Source: an uncultured bacterium (GTDB lineage Bacteria > Omnitrophota > Omnitrophia > Omnitrophales > Aquincolibacteriaceae). From it: a stretch of DNA of 64,000 nt. This document shows, piece by piece, positions 57,196 through 64,000 of this stretch. The position numbers and the translations under genes were made by a program. The DNA lies in contig CAZLTL010000004.1 in the NCBI GenBank assembly GCA_964562525.1, positions 6,171-70,170 of the forward strand, written 5' to 3'. Each line of letters opens with the position of its first letter. The stretch's first letter is position 1. The notes beneath the pieces are model-generated. The model was not told the DNA's origin and searched no databases. It worked only from the letters and a program-made list of their open reading frames with translations.

Positions 57196-57770
57196 ACCGG
57201 AAAAATACTCGAAAAAAACTCTCCGCGCCCGCTTACGTTGGCTTTAAGAAAAACCTGCGTCAAATATTGTTTTACTGTCTTTTCTGAAATGCGAAGGATG
57301 TCCGCGATCTCCGAGTTCGAGAGCCCTTTTAATAGCAGTCTTGCGATTTCATTTTCGCGATCGGTGAGCTTGAGCTCCGCGAGCCCCCGGTCTGCACAAT
57401 GCTGGACAGATAAATTTTCCGTTGTGACTTTCTTGATCGCTTTCATCAGAGATTCAAATTTAAAAGGCTTTTCCAGAAGATAATTTGCGCTGGCGTTGAG
57501 AGCGTCGCGTGCGTGCTCAAGGCTATTAAACGCGGTGATTAAAATACAGGGAGTTTGAATGCTGCGGCCGCGTAATTTGCGGATGAGTTCAATTCCGCTG
57601 ATGCCCGGTAAACGTATGTCTGTGATTAATACATCAAATGCACCCGGCGTGATGGCTTCCAGTAGCTCTTCCGCCCGGTCGAAAAAAGAGCATGAATGCC
57701 CTTCGGAACGAAGCCTTTCACCAAAAATCTGCCGAGCGTCGCGATCGTCTTCGACATAACCTATTTTCAC
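57192..57770 (-). CDS. response regulator, NarL/FixJ (LuxR-type HTH) family
   Basis: REC domain with DVLITDIRLPGISG. C-terminal GerE/LuxR-type HTH. Confidence 0.85.
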   Translation of the reverse strand: MKIGYVEDDRDARQIFGERLRSEGHSCSFFDRAEELLEAITPGAFDVLITDIRLPGISGIELIRKLRGRSIQTPCILITAFNSLEHARDALNASANYLLEKPFKFESLMKAIKKVTTENLSVQHCADRGLAELKLTDRENEIARLLLKGLSNSEIADILRISEKTVKQYLTQVFLKANVSGRGEFFSSIFPV

Positions 57771-58732
57771 AGTAGCGACTCCGCGGGAATTTCAATTTTT
57801 ACGAACGCGCGTGATCCGTTATTCGCAATTTCAAGCGTGCCGCCGATATTTTCAAGCGTGTCGCGGGCAAGCATCAGTCCAATTCCCATTCCCGTTGAGC
57901 TGCGCACCGCTTTTTTGGCGTTCACCTCAAGCACGTAATCCGGAAAGTTTGCGCCGTTATTGATGATTTCAATGACGGCAAAGCCATGTTTGGAGCAATC
58001 CATTTGAGCGTTAAGTTGGATCTCCGCGTTCAGCTGTTTTTTTGAACAAGCTTGAATCGCATTTTGAAAAAGAATCGTAAAACATTGCTCGAGTAAAAGC
58101 GGATGAACATGCGCGATGAAAGGTTTAATGTTTTCTGAATAACGTATGGATGCCGCGTTTAAATCGTTATAAACCGATTGGTTCAGAAACGAGTGCAGCC
58201 AATCCGTGAAAACGGTGCGCTGTCTCGCGCTGATTTCATCCCAAGGTCCGCTCATGCGTTTAAGTTGTTCAGCTGTGTCGTTTAAACGCTGCAGGTTTCT
58301 TTCCGCGATTTCACGGTCGGTTTGCGGGAGGTGATGGATGGATTTTTCCAAAAGCGCACTTAGATTATGAATGGGGTTGCGGATTTCATGCAGCACATGC
58401 GCAAGCAGGGTGTTCGCCAAAAGCCGTGAGCGAAGGTTGTAATTTTGCGTTGAAAGCGATTGGTTTAACGATTGGTTGCGTTGAAATAACGTGACGCCGA
58501 TTCCCGCTAGAACGCCCAAAACAACCGGAACAATCAAATCAAAGCCTTTGTGCATGAACCAAAGCACAGGATGGTCTTTTGTGCCTACGACATCAAACCA
58601 ATACTCAAGTCCGGCATAAATTAAGCCAACAGCCAGACCGACCACCGGCCCCCAACATTTGGAATTACTGCAAAAAGGACTCCGACTTTGGTCGGATGCG
58701 CTTTGTCTGAATAAAGACGAAAATAAACTCAT
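57767..58732 (-). CDS. sensor histidine kinase (two TM segments)
   Basis: H-box LAHVLHEIRNPIHNL and a HATPase_c region (GMGIGL). Overlaps the response regulator gene by 4 nt. Confidence 0.8.
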   Translation of the reverse strand: MSLFSSLFRQSASDQSRSPFCSNSKCWGPVVGLAVGLIYAGLEYWFDVVGTKDHPVLWFMHKGFDLIVPVVLGVLAGIGVTLFQRNQSLNQSLSTQNYNLRSRLLANTLLAHVLHEIRNPIHNLSALLEKSIHHLPQTDREIAERNLQRLNDTAEQLKRMSGPWDEISARQRTVFTDWLHSFLNQSVYNDLNAASIRYSENIKPFIAHVHPLLLEQCFTILFQNAIQACSKKQLNAEIQLNAQMDCSKHGFAVIEIINNGANFPDYVLEVNAKKAVRSSTGMGIGLMLARDTLENIGGTLEIANNGSRAFVKIEIPAESLL

Positions 58733-59327
58733 GCGAAAATTATATAAGTGTTCATGGTGTTGGCAAATTGTCGCATTCGCCGTGTTTTTTGGCTACAGCG
58801 GATTAGCCGGAGCAGACGGGTATGAAACAAATGCGGCTTCGAAAGGCGAGGTCCGTTTTGAGACGTCATCCACTTTACATGGCGTGGAAGGCCATGCCGA
58901 GGAGTGGAGCGGTAAAGTTGAATTTAATCCCCTGACAGGGCAAGCCGTGGTGCCCTTTGAAATTCGCGTGCCTATTCGCTCGCTGAGTACTTCTCATAAA
59001 GCGAGAGATAAGGCCATGCTTAAAATGTTTGAAGATAAAAAGTTTCCGGATGCTGTTTGGAAAGTGGAGTCTTGGTCTTGCCTGGATTATAAGGCTGAAA
59101 AGGGAGGCCAATGCCACGCGACGGGAACACTCAGTATGCATGGGAATAGCATTGCGAATGAAGCTGATGTGATGCTTCAGCTGACTTCTGACGGATTTGA
59201 GGCTAAAACCGCTTTTGATTTAACGACCAATTCATTCGGCTTAAAACCGCCCTCGGTTTTGGGCGTGATTCGGGTTGCCAAGCTGGTCAAAGTTTTTGTT
59301 CAAACACAATGGAAGAAAACTGCGTGA
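58731..59327 (+). CDS. YceI-like domain protein (secreted)
   Basis: Signal peptide. ..VRFETSSTLHGVEGHAEEWSGKV.. fits the YceI family. The start is uncertain because it abuts the divergent kinase start. Confidence 0.6.
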   Translation: MRKLYKCSWCWQIVAFAVFFGYSGLAGADGYETNAASKGEVRFETSSTLHGVEGHAEEWSGKVEFNPLTGQAVVPFEIRVPIRSLSTSHKARDKAMLKMFEDKKFPDAVWKVESWSCLDYKAEKGGQCHATGTLSMHGNSIANEADVMLQLTSDGFEAKTAFDLTTNSFGLKPPSVLGVIRVAKLVKVFVQTQWKKTA

Positions 59328-60493
59328 AAAATTCTTTTCCGGCATTACAAAACGGTGATGTGTGGGACGCGATTGTGATCGGTGCCGGAATTGCCGGAGG
59401 CGTGACTGCGCTCCAATTGGGCGACGCGGGCTGGCGTGTTTTACTGGTTGAAAAAACGTCTTTTCCGCGCGAGAAAGTTTGCGGCGGATTCATGGGGCCA
59501 GAGAACAGTGAGTTGCTCAAAACAACGGGCATTTGGGAAAAACTTAAAAAAACAGATCTGATTCCGCTTGAACAAATGTGGCTGACCTCGCCGCGGGGTG
59601 CGTCCGTGCGCATGGGATTTCCTCAAGCTTCAGGACCCGGACTCGCGGTTTGCCGTAAAAATTTGGATGCGGCCATTGTGGAATGCGCTCAAGAGCGTGG
59701 CGTTGTGTTTGCCGCTCCCGCACATGCGGAACAGGCCGCGCCCGGCGTTTATATGATTCACTCTCCGCATCAGGCGGAACCCGTTAAAGTTTTCGCGCGG
59801 CATGTGATTGATGCGCGCGGCGGAGCTGCTTTGAAAGAAGCTGCGACTGTGGGTTTTGGAATGGCGGCCTACTTTGAAGGTGTGCGGTGGATGAAAAATC
59901 GCGTCATTTTGCATTTTGCCAATGACGGGCATTTTGGCTTGGATCCCGTTTTGGGAGACCGCGTCACCGGCTGCTTCGTTGCGACACAAGCCATGCTGGA
60001 TCGTGTCGGAAAGAATCCGCAAAAATTATTTGAAGATTTTTGTGCGCAAAACCGTTTTTTGGCTTCGCAAATGAAAAGGGCAAAGCAAGTTTCAAGTTGG
60101 CAGGGGATCCCGCTGAAGCTTTCAAGTAAGCCCGTTTTTTTTGAGAAAGGCGTGTTCCGGGTTGGGGATGCGGTTGCGACCGTGGATCCGGTGGTCGGCG
60201 GAGGCATGACTTTGGCTTTGCAAGGAGCTTCTATGCTCGCGGAGTCGCTTTTAGAGTACGATGTTAACCGTGTGGATGAGGTTCGGGCAGCGCGCGCTTA
60301 TGCGCGAAGATGGAATCAGTCGTTTGGTTGGAAGCTGCCTGTCTCCCATCTTTGGGGACGAGTGGGGCATCATCCTTTTTTTACGGAAGGAATGCTGCGG
60401 CTTATAAGTATGCAGAGAAATCTTTTAAAAAAATTATTTGAGTGGCATCACTCCGCGTTACCGGCGGTAAAAAAATTAGAAGGGGTCGCATGA
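59309..60493 (+). CDS. FAD-dependent oxidoreductase (geranylgeranyl-reductase / flavin monooxygenase-like)
   Basis: GAGIAGGVTALQLGDAGWRVLLVEK FAD-binding motif. Confidence 0.8.
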   Translation: MEENCVKNSFPALQNGDVWDAIVIGAGIAGGVTALQLGDAGWRVLLVEKTSFPREKVCGGFMGPENSELLKTTGIWEKLKKTDLIPLEQMWLTSPRGASVRMGFPQASGPGLAVCRKNLDAAIVECAQERGVVFAAPAHAEQAAPGVYMIHSPHQAEPVKVFARHVIDARGGAALKEAATVGFGMAAYFEGVRWMKNRVILHFANDGHFGLDPVLGDRVTGCFVATQAMLDRVGKNPQKLFEDFCAQNRFLASQMKRAKQVSSWQGIPLKLSSKPVFFEKGVFRVGDAVATVDPVVGGGMTLALQGASMLAESLLEYDVNRVDEVRAARAYARRWNQSFGWKLPVSHLWGRVGHHPFFTEGMLRLISMQRNLLKKLFEWHHSALPAVKKLEGVA

Positions 60494-61581
60494 AAGAAAG
60501 TCATTGGATTGCGGTTGAAACCGCGTTGCCTCAAATGAAGGTGACGCAAAAGGATGCTTGGCTTTGTGCTCAGGGAAGGCCCGGAACGGACGCGAAAACT
60601 CAGAGTTGGTATAAGCGCTTTTTACATGACCCCGGAATTGAAACACGCCATTTTGCGCTTGAGAATTTGGCTCAGGTTTATTTTGAATCACCGGATGAGT
60701 CGCACGCGCGCTTTCAAAAAGAAGCCGTGAGGTTGGGCGCGGAAGCTTTATTGAAGTCGCTTAAATCAGCCGGTCTTAAACCGCAAGATTTGGACGCGCT
60801 TGTGACGACCACGTGCACAGGCTATCTTTGTCCGGGTTTAAGTTCTTACATTGCCGAAGCGGCAGGTTTGCGCGCGGATATTCATGCCGTTGATTTAGCG
60901 GGAACGGGCTGCGGCGCGGCAATTCCCGCGCTTCGCAACGCGGATCATTTTTTGAAAAACAGCCCGGAATCGTTTGCCGCGGTTTTGTGCGTTGAAGTTT
61001 GTTCGGCCGCGATTGATTGGGGCAGTGAAATTGATTTAATTCTATCGAACGCGATTTTTGCGGACGGCGCGGCTTGCGCTGTTTTAACGAATCATCCCTC
61101 CCGTAAAGGATTGCTCCAACATGGATTTGATTCCATTCTCTGGCCGGAATACCGCGAGCATTTACGGTTTAAAACACGGAACAGCCGTTTATCGAATGTG
61201 ATTCATCCAGAAGTACCAAAAATTGCTGCACGAGCGGTGCAGTCTTTGGCTTCAAAAATAACCGCGCAATCCGAAAAAGATTTTCAGACATTTGCGGTTC
61301 ATCCCGGTGGGCGCAAAGTGTTGGATGCGGTGGAAGACGCGGTGCCGGCGATGAAAGACAAACTGGAAGCTTCCCGAGCGGTTTTAAAGCGCTGCGGCAA
61401 TATGTCTTCACCCAGCGTGCTGTTTGTGATGCGTGAATTATTGGATACCGGACGGATTTTAAAAAATGAAAAAACCATGCTGTTTGCTTTCGGCGCCGGC
61501 TTTACCGCCTTCGCGAGCTCCGTTCAAGCTGTTGAATTGCCGATTTCTTTGCGGACAGCGCAGAAAGAGGTTCTCGTATGA
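60490..61581 (+). CDS. type III polyketide synthase (chalcone/stilbene synthase family)
   Basis: Active-site Cys in TTCTGYLCPG. His in FAVHPGGRKVLD. Asn in GNMSSPSVLFV. Confidence 0.85.
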   Translation: MKESHWIAVETALPQMKVTQKDAWLCAQGRPGTDAKTQSWYKRFLHDPGIETRHFALENLAQVYFESPDESHARFQKEAVRLGAEALLKSLKSAGLKPQDLDALVTTTCTGYLCPGLSSYIAEAAGLRADIHAVDLAGTGCGAAIPALRNADHFLKNSPESFAAVLCVEVCSAAIDWGSEIDLILSNAIFADGAACAVLTNHPSRKGLLQHGFDSILWPEYREHLRFKTRNSRLSNVIHPEVPKIAARAVQSLASKITAQSEKDFQTFAVHPGGRKVLDAVEDAVPAMKDKLEASRAVLKRCGNMSSPSVLFVMRELLDTGRILKNEKTMLFAFGAGFTAFASSVQAVELPISLRTAQKEVLV

Positions 61582-62345
61582 CAGTAGCTTATGACAAAAA
61601 AGCCAAACACAAACTATTGGATGAAGTCGGATTTCGCGAGCATTTTAAAGCGGAGAGCTGGGCTGAATTTAACCGCCAGTTTTTTGATGGACTGGCTCCT
61701 AAGTATGACAAGTTGAATGAAGTTCTTAGTTTGGGCCAGCATCACCGGATTAAACAAACCGCGATTCAAAAAATCGGAATCAAACCCGGCGACCGAATAT
61801 TGGATCTTTGCACCGGCAGCGGCGATGTCGCGCTTTGGATCGCGAAGCATTATCCGCAATGCGAAGTGGTTGGCGGTGATGTGTCGCAGAAAATGCTTGA
61901 GATCGCTTCGCGGCGAGGAGCGGGATTACCGAACTTAAAATTTCAAACCGCGGATTGCATGGCTTTGCCTTTTCAGTCGGGAACTTTTGATGTTGTGATC
62001 GTGAGCTTTGGTTTAAGGAACTTGGATGATTTAAAAGCCGGGCTTTTGGAAATGAAGCGCGTTGCCAAGTCAGGTGCCAAAGTAGTGAATTTGGATTTGG
62101 GCCGTCCGCAAGGCCGGTTTTTAAACTGGGTGCATGAAATTTATTTCCGGAGAATTATTCCGTTTCTTGGGAAACATATTTTTCATCGCGGGGAATTTAA
62201 TTCTTTCGCGTATTTGCCGAATTCCGGAAAATATTTTCCGAATCAGCGCGAATTAACCGCAATTTTTCAGGAGTTGGGTTTTCAGAATGTCAGGAATTAT
62301 GACTATATGTTGGGTGCCATAGCACAGCAAGTTGCAGTGGTATAA
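61578..62345 (+). CDS. class I SAM-dependent methyltransferase (UbiE/MenG-like)
   Basis: ILDLCTGSGDV (motif I) and VVIVSFGLRNLDD. Confidence 0.85.
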   Translation: MTVAYDKKAKHKLLDEVGFREHFKAESWAEFNRQFFDGLAPKYDKLNEVLSLGQHHRIKQTAIQKIGIKPGDRILDLCTGSGDVALWIAKHYPQCEVVGGDVSQKMLEIASRRGAGLPNLKFQTADCMALPFQSGTFDVVIVSFGLRNLDDLKAGLLEMKRVAKSGAKVVNLDLGRPQGRFLNWVHEIYFRRIIPFLGKHIFHRGEFNSFAYLPNSGKYFPNQRELTAIFQELGFQNVRNYDYMLGAIAQQVAVV

Positions 62346-62352
62346 TGTGCGC

Positions 62353-63024
62353 ATGAATTTCCGCGTTTTACTTTTAATCTCAATTTTGTGTCTGACCGCT
62401 TTCAATGTCGGTGCCACTCCGCTTGAAGACGAAGATGCGGGTTTTTGGATTCGCACGGACGCAGAAAAGAAACTGAACGAAAAGTGGAAGATGAGCTTAG
62501 GGGAAGAGATTCGCTTTCGCGAGCATGCCGGCTTCACTTACGCGGACACTCACGCAGGGGCATCTTGGTTGGCTTGTAAGTATTTTTTGGCCGGTGCGGA
62601 GTATTTACAGGTCAGACAAACAAGACTCTCTAAAGGAAAAGACCGCTGGTTTTGGGAAGCACGGCCGCGAATTTATGTGACACCGCAAATCACGATTAAA
62701 GGCTGGAAATTGGAAGACCGCAACATGCTCGAGTTTCGTGTCAAAGAGCAAATCCGCGACAGTTTGCGCTATCGTCAGCAGATTTCCATCACCGCCCCTT
62801 GGAAATGGACCCGGTTTCAAATTCAGCCGGCTTTTTTTGACGAGCTTTTTTTTGAGACGCATCGTAATGGTCTGACCGAGAATCGTTTGTTTTCCGGGGT
62901 CAAGGTGCAATATTGGAAACCTTTCACAGGCATGATTGGATATATGCGGCAAACAACAAAAAGCTCGGCCGGAGACTGGTTTGACTCGAATATCCTCGTG
63001 ACTACGGTTAAAGCCACGTTCTGA
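62353..63024 (+). CDS. DUF2490-like secreted/outer-membrane-associated protein
   Basis: Signal peptide. Pattern recalled from memory as DUF2490-like; low certainty. Confidence 0.45.
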   Translation: MNFRVLLLISILCLTAFNVGATPLEDEDAGFWIRTDAEKKLNEKWKMSLGEEIRFREHAGFTYADTHAGASWLACKYFLAGAEYLQVRQTRLSKGKDRWFWEARPRIYVTPQITIKGWKLEDRNMLEFRVKEQIRDSLRYRQQISITAPWKWTRFQIQPAFFDELFFETHRNGLTENRLFSGVKVQYWKPFTGMIGYMRQTTKSSAGDWFDSNILVTTVKATF

Positions 63025-63118
63025 ATTTGCCGTTAAACACCTGTATCTCTGATTTTCTTAACTTATAAAAACGGAAAATAAATCCCTATAGGACGGTTTC
63101 GTCCCTATAATGCCTCTC

Positions 63119-64000
63119 ATGAATACAACAAACAAAACACCGGATCCTGCTGTTCCGGTTCAAAATCAGCATACTTTTGATGGTCTTGGCATAGCGCCGA
63201 TGATCTTGGACATTCTCGATAAACTGAAATTTAAGCATCCCACGCCAATTCAGCACCAGTCTTTGCCTGCTGCAATTGAAGGGAAAGACTTAATCGGTAT
63301 CGCACAAACCGGTACAGGTAAAACTCTGGCCTTCGCCATTCCGATGGTGCAACGTTTAGCGGCCTTGAAAGGGAAGGGGCTGGTTATTGTCCCTACTCGC
63401 GAACTTGCTGCTCAGGTTGAAGAAACTCTGCATAAACTGACTCCCAAATTTAATATGCGCACGGCGCTTTTAATCGGCGGAGCTTCGATGCATATGCAAG
63501 TTCAGTCATTGCGCCGCGGAGCCAATATTATTATTGCAACTCCGGGTCGTTTGCTTGACCACATGGAACAGCGCACGGTCAGGCTCGATGATGTAAAAGT
63601 TTTAGTTCTCGACGAAGCGGACCGCATGTTTGACATGGGGTTTGAGCCGCAAATTCGCCAAGTAATGAAGCAAATTCCAAAAGAACGGCAAACCATGCTT
63701 TTTTCAGCGACCATGCCGCCGAAAATTATGCAATTGGCTTCAACCTATCTTCAGCTTCCGGCTTATGTAGAAATTGCTAAGCCCGGAACAACTTCGGATC
63801 TTGTGACACAAGAGCTTTACATTGTTAATAAGGAAAACAAAAATGGCTTGCTTGTGAAACTTCTTGAAAGCTCCAAGGGGAGCGTTCTTATTTTTTCACG
63901 CACAAAAATTGGTGCGGTCAAGATTGCACGCGGACTTCATCATGCGGGCATTAATGCCGCGCAAATTCACTCCGATCGCACACTGGGGCAGCGTCGCGAA
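63119..64000 (+). CDS. DEAD-box ATP-dependent RNA helicase, N-terminal part; 3' end lies outside the window
   Basis: Q-motif region, motif I AQTGTGKT, motif Ia PTRELA, DEAD box VLDEADRM and SAT. Open to the window end. Confidence 0.9.
   Translation, partial: MNTTNKTPDPAVPVQNQHTFDGLGIAPMILDILDKLKFKHPTPIQHQSLPAAIEGKDLIGIAQTGTGKTLAFAIPMVQRLAALKGKGLVIVPTRELAAQVEETLHKLTPKFNMRTALLIGGASMHMQVQSLRRGANIIIATPGRLLDHMEQRTVRLDDVKVLVLDEADRMFDMGFEPQIRQVMKQIPKERQTMLFSATMPPKIMQLASTYLQLPAYVEIAKPGTTSDLVTQELYIVNKENKNGLLVKLLESSKGSVLIFSRTKIGAVKIARGLHHAGINAAQIHSDRTLGQRRE

Overview
This 64 kb window of roughly 45-50% GC bacterial DNA is mostly plus-strand housekeeping operons of a diderm (Gram-negative-type) organism: lipid A genes (lpxB, msbA-like), a secretin and an OmpH/Skp-like chaperone are present. 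The backbone holds the 3' end of a sigma-54 activator gene, a type III glutamine synthetase behind a textbook -24/-12 promoter, lpxB plus a Gfo/Idh/MocA oxidoreductase plus an msbA-like exporter, and a threonine/isoleucine operon (hom-thrC-apgM-type predicted homoserine kinase-lysC-citramalate synthase). It continues with valS, nadC, uvrB, an initiator tRNA-fMet, LemA-TPM-TPM, feoAB, an amino-acid ABC transporter, an ADP-forming acetyl-CoA synthetase, a complete Tad/Flp pilus locus, a two-component system, an FAD-oxidoreductase/type III PKS/methyltransferase cluster and the start of a DEAD-box helicase. Three parts look accessory or novel. (1) A ~9.3 kb AT-richer island sits at the 3' end of tRNA-fMet, bounded by a 50 bp direct repeat of the tRNA 3' half. 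It carries a phage-type tyrosine integrase, an excisionase-like HTH, an RHH protein, two tandem HNH-domain paralogs, a translationally coupled three-gene cassette with no recognisable domains, a secreted transglutaminase-like/TPR protein with a Skp-like partner, and a ~46-58 bp GTTAACA-palindrome element repeated at each gene-block junction. (2) The Tad locus includes a TadE-like pseudopilin fused to a ~330 aa domain carrying ~52 cysteines in internal repeats. (3) valS carries a GC-rich in-frame ~43-codon insertion with clustered rare-cutter sites. All calls come from reading ORF translations and sequence motifs by eye; no database searches were run.
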